Assembly: GCA_039030125.1 (NCBI GenBank)
Contig: JBCCEV010000001.1
Location: 1-53,609 of the forward strand
DNA from: Pseudomonadota bacterium
GTDB lineage: Bacteria > Pseudomonadota > Gammaproteobacteria > Ga0077536
Direction of reading: 5' to 3'
DNA: 53,609 nucleotides
In this document: positions 17,986 through 27,356 of the stretch, piece by piece
How positions within the stretch are numbered: the stretch's first letter is position 1
How the letters are laid out: the number at the start of each line of letters is the position of its first letter
The notes under the pieces: model-generated
What the model saw: the letters and a program-made list of their open reading frames with translations, nothing else
Database searches by the model: none
Told to the model about the DNA's origin: nothing
Program-made: the position numbers and the translations under genes

Positions 17986-19062
17986 ATGTCGGCCCTGGTT
18001 CGTGCTTATCTTATTCCGGCCGCGGTATTTCAAAGCGTCATCATCGGTGGTGGTTACGGTACCGGTCGCGAAGTCGTTGAATATGTCTCGCGCCTGGGTC
18101 TCTACAGCGGCTTGTTCTCCTGTTGTGTCATCGCGGTGCTGTTTGGTTTGGTCCTCGCGATAAGTTTCGCCTACGCCCAAAAATTCCACTGCTACGACTA
18201 CCGGCGTTTTCTGAAACACCTGCTGGGACGTTGCTGGTTTGTGTATGAAATGCTCTTCGTTGCGCTTTTGATTGTCGTCGTTGCCGTGGTGATGTCCGCC
18301 GCGGCTGACACCGCATTCGGTGGTTTTGGTATTCCAAAGCCCATAACCACCGCCGCCGTGTTAGTGGCTGTCATTGTTTTGAGTTTTTTCGGTCGAGATC
18401 TGGTGCAACAAATCATGTTGGGTTGGACGAGCCTGCTAATGCTGTGCATAGCGGTTTTTATCGCGACAGGCCTAGCCAGAAGCTGGTCAGGTTTTTTTGA
18501 GTTCGGTGTGGAACAAGGTGCCGGTGCGGCTTTACTGAGCGGCTCCAAGTTTGCCATCTACAACAGTGCATTGGTCCCAGTGCTCCTGTACAGCGTGCGC
18601 GGCGTCAATAGCCAACGCACCGCACTGGCCGCTGGATTGCTGGCCGGTATTTTTGGTGCATTACCAGCGCTACTGATACATCTCATATTCAGTCCGCAGC
18701 TCGAGCGCATTATCGATATGTCGGTGCCAACACTTGGCGCGCTTAAGCTTCTCGATTTCGGCGCGGCTGTCCCGGTTTTTTACGTCGTGCTGTTTGGGAC
18801 CGTTGTGCTGACAGCGGTCGGTGTTCTTCAAGGCCTCGCGGAACGGATTGATGGTTGGCGCGTGGAAGGAGGTCTTGCGGTTATGGGGCCGATCAATCGT
18901 GCAGCGATTTGTTCAATGGTGGTACTGGCCAGTGTCGCTCTTGCGCAATTCGGTATCGTCGCGCTCGTTGCTAAAGGCTATGGCGCCTTGTCGTGGGGAT
19001 TTTTCTTGGTCTTTACGGTGCCGTTGCTGACGCTTGGAATTAGCCGCGTGGCGCGCCGCTAA
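17986..19062 (+). CDS. Multi-pass inner-membrane protein, function unassigned (YkvI-like/transporter-like guess)
   Basis: About 10 hydrophobic segments. N-terminal motif SVIIGGGYGTGREVVEY. Start set at MSALV... because the upstream extension is Arg/Ser-rich and looks non-coding. Confidence 0.6.
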   Translation: MSALVRAYLIPAAVFQSVIIGGGYGTGREVVEYVSRLGLYSGLFSCCVIAVLFGLVLAISFAYAQKFHCYDYRRFLKHLLGRCWFVYEMLFVALLIVVVAVVMSAAADTAFGGFGIPKPITTAAVLVAVIVLSFFGRDLVQQIMLGWTSLLMLCIAVFIATGLARSWSGFFEFGVEQGAGAALLSGSKFAIYNSALVPVLLYSVRGVNSQRTALAAGLLAGIFGALPALLIHLIFSPQLERIIDMSVPTLGALKLLDFGAAVPVFYVVLFGTVVLTAVGVLQGLAERIDGWRVEGGLAVMGPINRAAICSMVVLASVALAQFGIVALVAKGYGALSWGFFLVFTVPLLTLGISRVARR

Positions 19063-19065
19063 ATC

Positions 19066-20208
19066 TTAATGTCCCCATAGGCGCGCGCTAGCAATTTCAG
19101 CACCCTGCACCAACGCTGACAACTTTTCTATTGCGATAGCGGGATTCACGCGGCCGAATTTTGTGAACGTGCCGAAACCACAGTCGGTGCCCGCAAGCAC
19201 CCGCTCGCGCCCGACAATGTGCGCGAATCGGCAGATCCGCTCGGCGACTAATTCCCGGTGATCGATGTAGTTGGTGCAGGTATCTATCACGCCCGGCATG
19301 AGGACCTTATCCTCGGGAAGGCCCAGCTCCTCCCACACACTAGCCTCGTGCGAGTGGCGTGGATTTGATGCTTCAAAGCTCAAGGTTTGCGCTTTGGCTT
19401 GGCAAACCAGAGGCGCAATCTTTTTTAGCGGTATGTCGAGATGGTGCGGCCCTTCGTAATTTCCCCAACAAATATGTAGACGCACATGCTCGGCCGGAAC
19501 ATTGACGAGTGCGGCGTTAAGAACTTCGAGCTGCTTCCCCGCTTCGCGCAAAAACTCTTCATCGCTAAGGGTCTTGTATTTGATGTGCCGCGCCATCGCC
19601 AGATCTGGGCAGTCGACCTGAAGGGTGAGGCCGGCCGCACTGATCGTTTCGAATTCTTCGCGCATCACCTCGCCGATCGCTTCGAGATACTCGTCCTCGC
19701 TGGCGTAGTATTCGTTGGGCAGTGAGGTGGCGATGATCCCCGGCGAAGAGGCATTCATAAAACCGCCAAGCGCGTCAGACTCGCGCAGCAGCCGCCGCAA
19801 CCGGGCGATATCTTGTTCGAGAGGTTCGCGATTAACGACGCGGATTTCGCCGCTGCACACCGGCCGCTTAATCGGCGGCGCTTGATTCTGGGCGGCTGCT
19901 TGCACGAGGTAGTCGGGAAAAAGTTCGAGATCGCCGGGTGGCACCCGAGGAGAGTCTCCGGAGAAGCCGGAGCAGCGATCTTTGATGTAAGTGGAAAATC
20001 CGATTTTGCTCATTTCCCCGTCACTGATCACATCAATGCCGAGCCCCATCTGCATTTTGACTGCGTTAGCCACCGCTTCATCGACGGTATCGTCAAATAA
20101 TTTCTTATCAACGATCTCGCCGTTTTCGCGAGCGATCAGCAGATCAGCGAGTGCATCAGGGCGCGGCAAGCTGCCCACATGGGTGGTTAGGATGCGATCC
20201 GCATTCAT
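19066..20208 (-). CDS. Cobalamin-independent methionine synthase II (MetE C-terminal-domain-like) family protein
   Basis: 380 aa. Starts ILTTHVGSLPRP. Zn-ligand-like H-x-C (LHICWGN), a later Glu, and a Cys (GTDCGFG). Confidence 0.75.
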   Translation of the reverse strand: MNADRILTTHVGSLPRPDALADLLIARENGEIVDKKLFDDTVDEAVANAVKMQMGLGIDVISDGEMSKIGFSTYIKDRCSGFSGDSPRVPPGDLELFPDYLVQAAAQNQAPPIKRPVCSGEIRVVNREPLEQDIARLRRLLRESDALGGFMNASSPGIIATSLPNEYYASEDEYLEAIGEVMREEFETISAAGLTLQVDCPDLAMARHIKYKTLSDEEFLREAGKQLEVLNAALVNVPAEHVRLHICWGNYEGPHHLDIPLKKIAPLVCQAKAQTLSFEASNPRHSHEASVWEELGLPEDKVLMPGVIDTCTNYIDHRELVAERICRFAHIVGRERVLAGTDCGFGTFTKFGRVNPAIAIEKLSALVQGAEIASARLWGH

Positions 20209-20214
20209 TGCCAG

Positions 20215-21570
20215 TCAGGGCTTGATGTTCTGATTCAAACGAAAGAAGTTCGCTGGGTCGTACTTTCGTTTGACTTCCACCAAGCGCTCGTAATTAGCAC
20301 CGAAGGCCGCCCGAAGTTGATCGATTTCGGTCATCTGGTCCGCCCCCATTAGATTCGCGTAGATCCGGCCGCTGCTATGCGGCTCCATCGCCGTATAAGC
20401 GTCACGCGCCCACTGCATGTGCTCTGCATCCTCTTTTTCATCCGTCCATTGGCCGACGATGCCCAGATCGTATTGGGCGTCCCGATGAGCAAACGCCGTT
20501 TCGGTTTCACCGATTTGGCTGGATGGGCCACCGTAGTAGTACTCAATCATCATCGCAGATAAGGGCGAGGTCGCGCGGTTGCCATGCTCGACGATCGTGT
20601 CGATTGCATCGTCAGTCAGTTCTTCAAGAAATGTCGACTTCCAATAATTGCGGTTGCCGTACGGGAAGCCGGCATCGAACATGGTCTGCATTTCGATTCG
20701 GGGCATCGGCGCCATCATATCGGCGATTGGTGAACCAAAGTCGCGAAGGGGCTTGAGGACTTTTTCACTATCACTTTGCTCACCACAGAAGCACCCGATG
20801 ATCGCGGTAACCGGTGTGCCGTCAGGGAGACTCAACATCGCACAGTAGGCGGTTAGCTCCAGCGGTGCGCTCCTGGTGAAGTCGCGATAAAAACGATAGA
20901 CCTCACCGGCAGCCTCACGGGGATGGATGATCATGCCGCCAACAATATCTTTGACGGGATGCGCCTGAAACTCGAACTCAGTGACGACGCCGAAATTGCC
21001 GCCGCCGCCGCGCAGTCCCCAGAACAGATCTGGATTTTCCGTGGCGCTGGCATTTAACACCTGGCCATTTGCCGTAACGACTTCGGCGGAAATCAAGTTA
21101 TCGCAGGTCATGCCGTATTTACGCACGAGCCATCCGACACCCCCGCCCAGCGCGAGCCCCCCGACACCAGTTTCGGAGACAATCCCCGCTGGTACCGCCA
21201 GATCTTGTTCGCACGAAGCCCGATCCATATCGCCGAGCGTGCATCCGCCTTGAACTTTCACCCGCCGAGTTGCTGGGTCAATGATGACGCGATTCATTGG
21301 CGAAAGATCGATCATCAAGCCGTCATCACAGATTGCGTTGCCGGCCACGTTGTGACCGCCACCGCGCACGGATACCAGCAACTGGTGCTCGCGCGCGAAG
21401 TTGACCGAGGCGACGACGTCATTGGTATTCGCGCAGCGGGCAATGGCCCCCGGGCGCTTATCGATCATGGCATTCCAGATCGTTCGCGCATCGTCGTATT
21501 CGGGATCGCCAGGGCACTGCAATGAACCCGCGAGCTGGGGTTCGAGGCCGCGAAGAAGGGCTTGGTCCAT
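20215..21570 (-). CDS. FAD-linked oxidase (PCMH-type FAD-binding domain with BBE-like C-terminus)
   Basis: 451 aa. VSVRGGGHNVAG FAD-binding motif. C-terminal ...YERLVEVKRKYDPANFFRLNQNI is BBE-like. GGAGAC RBS. Confidence 0.8.
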   Translation of the reverse strand: MDQALLRGLEPQLAGSLQCPGDPEYDDARTIWNAMIDKRPGAIARCANTNDVVASVNFAREHQLLVSVRGGGHNVAGNAICDDGLMIDLSPMNRVIIDPATRRVKVQGGCTLGDMDRASCEQDLAVPAGIVSETGVGGLALGGGVGWLVRKYGMTCDNLISAEVVTANGQVLNASATENPDLFWGLRGGGGNFGVVTEFEFQAHPVKDIVGGMIIHPREAAGEVYRFYRDFTRSAPLELTAYCAMLSLPDGTPVTAIIGCFCGEQSDSEKVLKPLRDFGSPIADMMAPMPRIEMQTMFDAGFPYGNRNYWKSTFLEELTDDAIDTIVEHGNRATSPLSAMMIEYYYGGPSSQIGETETAFAHRDAQYDLGIVGQWTDEKEDAEHMQWARDAYTAMEPHSSGRIYANLMGADQMTEIDQLRAAFGANYERLVEVKRKYDPANFFRLNQNIKP

Positions 21571-21659
21571 GGTTGTCTCCGTTGTCGTGCTTTAACCGAC
21601 AGTAAGCCCTAAACGGGAATAGAACAATGGCACGCTAGAGAAAGGTGGGGCAGAACGAA

Positions 21660-22793
21660 TTAAAGAGACGAGACTCCCACCATAATTTTCCGGTAGATCA
21701 CCGCGAGATGCTCGAGGTCGTCGCTGGCGACGCATTCGTTTACTTTGTGGATGGATTCATTGACCGGACCGAGTTCGACGATCTGTGTACCGAGGCGGGT
21801 AATGAAGCGTCCATCGGATGTCCCGCCACCGGTTGATAGATCGGTCTTGAGGCCGGTTTCTTCTTGGATTACCGCATCGACAACTTCAACCAACTCGCCG
21901 CCCGGCGTTAGAAACGGGTTACCCGAGAGGTGCCACTCGAGCGTGAAATTAAGGCCATGCCGGTTCAAAACCGCTGCGGTTTTCTCACGCAGCCCGTCGT
22001 TGGATTGCTCCGTCGAAAAGCGGAAGTTGAGTTTAACCTTAGCGGTCCCGGGCACCACGTTATCGGCGCCGGTGCCCGCGTTGATATTGGATATCTGAAA
22101 ACTCGTCGGCGGATAATACTCGTTGCCCTGATCCCATTCGGTCGTGCTTAACTCGGCTAAGGCCGGCATCAAGTCATGGATGGGGTTGCGCACTTTTTCT
22201 GGATACGCAACGTGACCTTGAATGCCATGCGCTGTGATATGGCCGTTCAGTGATCCACGACGCCCCACGCGAACCACATCGCCAAGCTTGCTCTTGCAAC
22301 TGGGCTCACCAACGACGCACCACATCAATTGGATGTTTTCCCGCTCAAGATATTCGACGATTTTAATCGTGCCGTCGGTCGCCGGCCCTTCTTCGTCGGA
22401 AGTTAGCAAAAACGCGATCCCAAGCCCGCTGTTGGGGTGTTCGCGCAAAAACTCTTCAACAGCGATCACCATCGCCGCAAGGCTGCCTTTCATGTCGGCC
22501 GCACCGCGTCCGTAGACCAGGCCATCTTTGATGGTTGGCTCAAACGGATCGGTATGCCACTCCTCGCGCGGGCCGCTGGGAACCACGTCAGTGTGGCCGG
22601 CGAAACCGAAGTAGGGAGGATCACCGTAGCAGGCCCACAGGTTATCGACTTCCCCGGATCTGATCCGCTTCAACTCGAAACCGAGCGCCGCCAATCGCGA
22701 GCCGATTACGTCAAGGCAGCCTTCGTCTTGCGGCGTTACCGACGGTCGCGCAATTAATTCGCAGGTGAGATCGAGAGTCGGTGAGCGGCTCAT
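21660..22793 (-). CDS. dapE: Succinyl-diaminopimelate desuccinylase
   Basis: 378 aa from MSRSPTLDLTCELIARPSVTPQDEGC. M20 motifs FAGHTDVVP and TSDEEG. Start lies 7 nt after the upstream methyltransferase stop. Confidence 0.9.
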   Translation of the reverse strand: MSRSPTLDLTCELIARPSVTPQDEGCLDVIGSRLAALGFELKRIRSGEVDNLWACYGDPPYFGFAGHTDVVPSGPREEWHTDPFEPTIKDGLVYGRGAADMKGSLAAMVIAVEEFLREHPNSGLGIAFLLTSDEEGPATDGTIKIVEYLERENIQLMWCVVGEPSCKSKLGDVVRVGRRGSLNGHITAHGIQGHVAYPEKVRNPIHDLMPALAELSTTEWDQGNEYYPPTSFQISNINAGTGADNVVPGTAKVKLNFRFSTEQSNDGLREKTAAVLNRHGLNFTLEWHLSGNPFLTPGGELVEVVDAVIQEETGLKTDLSTGGGTSDGRFITRLGTQIVELGPVNESIHKVNECVASDDLEHLAVIYRKIMVGVSSL

Positions 22794-22800
22794 GAACAGA

Positions 22801-23601
22801 TCAACCACGGAGTTCCTTGTCGAGCTGGTTGATGCGCTTTTTGGCAACCTTCGCGTGCTCCGCATCGCTTTCACAGCCAATGAACTGACGGTCATGGGCA
22901 ATCGCGGCGACGCCGGTGGTTCCAGATCCGGAGAACGGATCAAACACGACATCGCCCGGCGCGGTACTGGCCAGCAGGCAGCGCTCAACCAGGGCAAGCG
23001 GTTTTTGGGTGGGATGCTTTCCAAGCCGCTTCTCTTCCTTGCCCGGCGCGGTGAATTGCCACACGTTCTTCATTTGGCGCCCGCCATTCTCTTGTTTCAT
23101 ATCTTGGTAATTGAACCGGTAGCGCTCTTTAGCACCCTTTTTGGCCTTGGTGGCCCACAATACGATCTCAGTGGAGTGGGTGAAGCAGCGGCACCCTAGA
23201 TTCGGCGGCGGGTTCGGTTTTTCCCAAACGATGTCGTTCAAGATCCTAAATCCGAGTTCCATCATCGCCATACCAACACTAAGGTAGACGTGATGCGTCC
23301 CGCTTACCCAGATCGTACCCTCGGGTTTCAAAATCCGATGGCACTGAGATAACCATTCGCGGTTGATCTCATGATCGTCGTCCACGCCGAGGCTCCGGTC
23401 CCATTCGCCTTTGTTAACCGATTTACGCTTTCCGGCATGGCAGGTGGTACCGTCGTTGGATAAGAAATACGGCGGATCGGTCCACACGCAGTCGATGCTT
23501 GCGTCGTCGATGTGGGCGGCGAGATCAAGAAAATCGCGGCGATACAAACGCGAATGCCCATCGCGAGATGCCCACAGCGGCTTAGGTGCGCGTTTCGCCA
23601 T
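22801..23601 (-). CDS. Beta-class N6-adenine DNA methyltransferase, CcrM/M.HinfI-like (specificity unverified)
   Basis: 266 aa. DPPY (motif IV) is N-terminal to DPFSGSGTT (motif I). ILNDIVWEKPNPPPN and HPTQKPLALVER resemble CcrM-type enzymes as I recall them. The start overlaps the bolA stop (TAATG). Confidence 0.85.
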   Translation of the reverse strand: MAKRAPKPLWASRDGHSRLYRRDFLDLAAHIDDASIDCVWTDPPYFLSNDGTTCHAGKRKSVNKGEWDRSLGVDDDHEINREWLSQCHRILKPEGTIWVSGTHHVYLSVGMAMMELGFRILNDIVWEKPNPPPNLGCRCFTHSTEIVLWATKAKKGAKERYRFNYQDMKQENGGRQMKNVWQFTAPGKEEKRLGKHPTQKPLALVERCLLASTAPGDVVFDPFSGSGTTGVAAIAHDRQFIGCESDAEHAKVAKKRINQLDKELRG

Positions 23602-23882
23602 TACGCGCTGGTTTCCGCGGGCGTTCTCGCGTCGATACTAAGGGCATGGATGTCGGTTTTCATCAGCTCGTCCAGGGCGGCGTAAACCATGCGATGGCGT
23701 TTGATGAGCGGCACGCCTTCGAAGGCTGCGGCAACCAAACTCACTCGGAAGTGGCCTTTGCCGTCGCGCGCACCGGCGTGACCGACATGGAGATGGCTCT
23801 CATCGATCACCTCAATCGCATGCAGCGTGAAAGCCTCCGTCAGGGTTGCTTCAATGAGTTCGCGGCGATTCTTTGCTGTCAC
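23601..23882 (-). CDS. BolA-family protein
   Basis: 93 aa. Contains DESHLHVGHAGARDGKGHFRVSLVAAAFEG...RHRMVY, the BolA fold signature. Confidence 0.85.
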   Translation of the reverse strand: MTAKNRRELIEATLTEAFTLHAIEVIDESHLHVGHAGARDGKGHFRVSLVAAAFEGVPLIKRHRMVYAALDELMKTDIHALSIDARTPAETSA

Positions 23883-24015
23883 GGTAACCGGGAGCTTGGG
23901 CCAAAGGCGAAGTTTGCACGATAGGTGATGTCATCGCTAGGCGATGCGCCACAGGGTGTCATGTCTTGAAGGTCTGCGATAATAGCGCATACCCAAATGA
24001 AGGCGTGAGAACACC

Positions 24016-24654
24016 GTGGCCGCTGAGCGCCTAGTTGTGCACGCGGAGAACCCGCAGCGGCGAGCGATTAGCAAAGTCGCGGACGCAGTAGCAAATCAAG
24101 GCGTGGCGATTGTTCCCACCGACGGATGCTATGTGTTCATTTGTGCACTCGATAGCAAGGCGGCGCAGGAACGAATCCGTCTCATTCGTGGCTTGGAGCC
24201 CACCCATCAGTTCGCAATTTTGTGCCGCGACATCGGCCAACTTTCAGGTTTTGCCAAGATGGACAATGACGCCTTCCGCCTCGTCAAATCATTGAGCCCC
24301 GGGCCGTTTACCTTTCTTCTGCGGGCGACACGCGAGACGCCCAAACGATTACTCGACCCGAAACGAAAGACGGTGGGTATTAGGATCCCATCCGATCCTT
24401 GGTCGCAGCACTTTCTTGATCATTTCCCAGATCCCGTGATCTGTGCGACCGCGATCGATCGAGGCGACGAATTCCCCCTAACCGACGGCGACGAACAGTT
24501 CGCGCGATTCGCAAAACGGGTGGAATACGTGGTGGACTCCGGTTCGCTGGGGATTGAGCCCACGACAATTCTCGACCTGACAACATCGACGCCGACACTC
24601 GTGCGCCGGGGCAAAGGTGAGATATCGCATCTTGAGGTTGTCGAAAATGACTAG
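24016..24654 (+). CDS. yciO: Sua5/YciO/YrdC-family protein (YciO-like)
   Basis: 212 aa. IVPTDGCYVFIC, FAILCRD and KTVGIRIPS track E. coli YciO as recalled. GTG start. Confidence 0.8.
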   Translation: MAAERLVVHAENPQRRAISKVADAVANQGVAIVPTDGCYVFICALDSKAAQERIRLIRGLEPTHQFAILCRDIGQLSGFAKMDNDAFRLVKSLSPGPFTFLLRATRETPKRLLDPKRKTVGIRIPSDPWSQHFLDHFPDPVICATAIDRGDEFPLTDGDEQFARFAKRVEYVVDSGSLGIEPTTILDLTTSTPTLVRRGKGEISHLEVVEND

Positions 24655-25285
24655 TCTCGCCCTGATTGCGGTGATCGGGGTGCCCGCGATTTTGGCGATA
24701 AGCTTGCACGAGGTCGCGCACGGTGCGGTGGCGCTGAAACTTGGTGACCGCACCGCCGCTGAACGCGGGCGGCTGAGTTTGAACCCCATCAAACACGTTG
24801 ACCCAATTGGCTCTATTGCAGTGCCAGCGGCCTTGTTTTTTCTTGGCAAAATCCTCTTCGGACATCCTCTTTATTTCGGTTGGGCGAAACCGGTCCCTGT
24901 GGTTTGGCGTCATCTCAATCCTCGACGACTGGGGATCGGACTGGTTGCAATCGCAGGCCCAATGGCGAACCTGCTGATGTTGCTCATTTGGTTTGCGTTC
25001 GCCTTTCTGCTTTCGTTCACGTCACAAGCGCCTCTGTTTTTGCTTGTGATGTGTGAGGCTGGGATAATGTTTAACGCGACACTTATGCTGATTAATCTTA
25101 TCCCCGTACCGCCCCTTGATGGCAGCCGCGTTGTTACGGCGATGCTGCCGGTGCAGTGGGCGCTACGCTATAACAAGATCGAACCTTACGGATTATTTGT
25201 GCTTTTGCTGCTGCTGACGACGGGGGGGTTGCAGTGGTTGTTCGGCGGCGTGATCGGCGTGCTGCTCGATGCCTTGCCGGCGTAG
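24647..25285 (+). CDS. Site-2 protease (M50) family membrane metalloprotease
   Basis: HEVAHG (HExxH) lies in the first TM segment, followed by several more TM segments. The start ATG overlaps the yciO stop (ATGACTAG). Confidence 0.75.
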   Translation: MTSLALIAVIGVPAILAISLHEVAHGAVALKLGDRTAAERGRLSLNPIKHVDPIGSIAVPAALFFLGKILFGHPLYFGWAKPVPVVWRHLNPRRLGIGLVAIAGPMANLLMLLIWFAFAFLLSFTSQAPLFLLVMCEAGIMFNATLMLINLIPVPPLDGSRVVTAMLPVQWALRYNKIEPYGLFVLLLLLTTGGLQWLFGGVIGVLLDALPA

Positions 25286-25327
25286 TGCGGCAGTCCCTTC
25301 CCAAATGATCTTGAGTGAATAACAAAA

Positions 25328-26530
25328 ATGGCTAACAAGCGCGTGTTGTCGGGGATGCGGCCGACTGGCCAGTTGCACCTTGGTCACTACCACGGCGTGC
25401 TCAAAAACTGGGTGCAGCTACAGCACGAATACGAGTGCTTCTTCTTCGTGGCGGACTGGCATGCCCTCACGACGGCCTATGAAAACACGCAGATCATCAA
25501 CGAATCCGCCTTCGATATCGTGATCGATTGGCTAGCCGTTGGGATCAATCCGGCTGAGGCCACCTTGTTCATTCAGTCGCGCGTGCCGGAACATGCGGAG
25601 TTACATTTGCTGTTGTCGATGATGACCCCGCTGAGTTGGCTGGAGCGGGTGCCAAGCTATAAGGACCAGCAGGAAAAGTTGAAAGAGTTGGATCTCTCCA
25701 CTTATGGTTTCTTGGGTTACCCGCTGTTGCAAGCCGCCGACATTCTTGTCTACAAAGCGAGTAACGTACCGGTGGGCGAGGACCAGGTGGCGCACATTGA
25801 AATGTCCCGCGAAGTCGCTCGACGTTTCAATTTCCTCTACGGGCGCGAGCCCGATTTTGAGGAGCGGGCTCGGGCTGCTGCTAAGAAGATGGGGAAAAAA
25901 AACAGCAAGCTCTACTTCGAGATCCGGCGCAGCTATCAAGAAGACGGCGACCTCGAGGCCTTGGAGAAAGGCCGCGCTTTCCTGGAAGCCCAGCAAAACA
26001 TTTCCTTGGGCGATCGCGAGCGGCTGCTGGGCTACTTAGAGGGTGGCGGCAAAGTCATCCTCCCTGAGCCGCAAGCGCTTTTGACGCCGGAATCGAAAAT
26101 GCCGGGGCTGGACGGCGAGAAGATGTCCAAGTCCTATCAGAACACCATCGCACTGCGCGAATCGGCGGAGTCGGTTACGCAGAAACTCCGCACGATGCCG
26201 ACCGATCCAGCGCGCGTGCGCCGCTCCGACCCTGGCGATCCGAAAAAATGTCCCGTTTGGAAGTTTCACGAAATCTATTCAAACAGCGAGGTGCAGAGTT
26301 GGGCCAAGGAAGGTTGCACGACCGCAGCGATTGGGTGTCTCGATTGTAAGCAACCGGTGGTGGACGCGGTGCTTGCCGAACAGGCGCCCATTCAGGAGCG
26401 CGCGGAAGAATTTCTCAACGATCCTGAATCAGTGCGGGGTATCATTGATGAAGGCTGCGAACGCGCGCGCGACACCGCGCGCGATACGCTGGACGAAGTG
26501 CGTCAAGCTATGAATTTGGATTACCGCTAA
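25328..26530 (+). CDS. trpS: Tryptophan--tRNA ligase (long form with an insertion before KMSKS)
   Basis: 400 aa. HIGH-type GQLHLGHYHG and KMSKS are present. An insertion of about 60 aa lies between RFNFLYG and KMSKS relative to E. coli TrpS as recalled. Confidence 0.95.
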   Translation: MANKRVLSGMRPTGQLHLGHYHGVLKNWVQLQHEYECFFFVADWHALTTAYENTQIINESAFDIVIDWLAVGINPAEATLFIQSRVPEHAELHLLLSMMTPLSWLERVPSYKDQQEKLKELDLSTYGFLGYPLLQAADILVYKASNVPVGEDQVAHIEMSREVARRFNFLYGREPDFEERARAAAKKMGKKNSKLYFEIRRSYQEDGDLEALEKGRAFLEAQQNISLGDRERLLGYLEGGGKVILPEPQALLTPESKMPGLDGEKMSKSYQNTIALRESAESVTQKLRTMPTDPARVRRSDPGDPKKCPVWKFHEIYSNSEVQSWAKEGCTTAAIGCLDCKQPVVDAVLAEQAPIQERAEEFLNDPESVRGIIDEGCERARDTARDTLDEVRQAMNLDYR

Positions 26531-26532
26531 CG

Positions 26533-27354
26533 ATGTCTGTAGATCCCGAGCAAGCCGAGATACCCGTACATCCAGCGCAACAGGAGATGCCGTTTGCGGT
26601 TGTGCAGGGCGTCCCGGTCACCGAACCACCTAAAGATCTCTACATTCCGCCGGATGCGCTGGCAATTTTTCTGGAAGCCTTCGAAGGTCCACTGGATTTA
26701 CTGCTGTATCTCATCAGGCGGCAAAACCTCGATATTCTCGATATCCCGGTCGCCCGTATCACCGAGCAGTACATGTCATACATCGACATGATGCGAGAGA
26801 TGCGTTTTGAACTGGCGGCGGAATATCTGTTGATGGCCGCAATGTTGGCCGAGATTAAGTCTCGCATGTTGTTGCCGCGGCCCGCACTCGAAGACGATGA
26901 AGAAGAAGATCCGCGCGCGGAGCTAGTGAGGCGCCTGCAAGAGTATGAGCGCTATAAAAAGGCCGCCGAGGATATCGAAGAACTTCCGCGCATGGAGCGC
27001 GAATGGTTTGATGTGGTCGTCGAATTTGAGCCGCCTTCCACTGTTGAGCAACATCCTGACGTCACTATGGACGCTATCCTCAAGGCATTTCGAGACGTGT
27101 TGCAACGTGCTGAAATGTTTGCTGATCACCAGGTGCAGCGAGAGCTCTTGTCCGTTCGCGAACGCATGAGTACGGTGTTGGAACTCGCAAGGCACGAGGA
27201 GTATCTGCCTTTTGGCCGTTTTTTCGAAGTGAAAGAAGGACGCGCGGGCGCAGTGGTGACCTTAGTAGCATTGCTGGAGCTCCTTAAGGAGGCGCTGATT
27301 GAGATCGTTCAATCCGGCGAGCGCGAACCCATCTACGTAAAATTGGCGGCCTGA
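26533..27354 (+). CDS. scpA: Segregation and condensation protein A
   Basis: 273 aa. Contains FEGPLDLLLYLIRRQNLDILDIPVARITEQY, the ScpA signature. Confidence 0.9.
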   Translation: MSVDPEQAEIPVHPAQQEMPFAVVQGVPVTEPPKDLYIPPDALAIFLEAFEGPLDLLLYLIRRQNLDILDIPVARITEQYMSYIDMMREMRFELAAEYLLMAAMLAEIKSRMLLPRPALEDDEEEDPRAELVRRLQEYERYKKAAEDIEELPRMEREWFDVVVEFEPPSTVEQHPDVTMDAILKAFRDVLQRAEMFADHQVQRELLSVRERMSTVLELARHEEYLPFGRFFEVKEGRAGAVVTLVALLELLKEALIEIVQSGEREPIYVKLAA

Positions 27355-27356
27355 GC

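Noticed and set aside
17639-17986. A 115-aa minus-strand ORF and a 79-aa plus-strand ORF in the aceA-downstream spacer, plus the N-terminal extension (from 17878) of the membrane-protein ORF.
   Set aside because: They are low-complexity and Arg/Ala/Pro/Ser-rich, with no RBS and no domain resemblance. I treated the region as non-coding (see the finding on the spacer).
21660-23024. A 454-aa version of the dapE ORF that extends 77 codons upstream and overlaps the methyltransferase gene.
   Set aside because: The extension is Pro/Arg/Ser-rich and has no DapE similarity. Homology begins at MSRSPTLDLTCELIARPSVTP (ATG 22793). The overlapped DNA encodes the well-conserved C-terminus of the methyltransferase in another frame.
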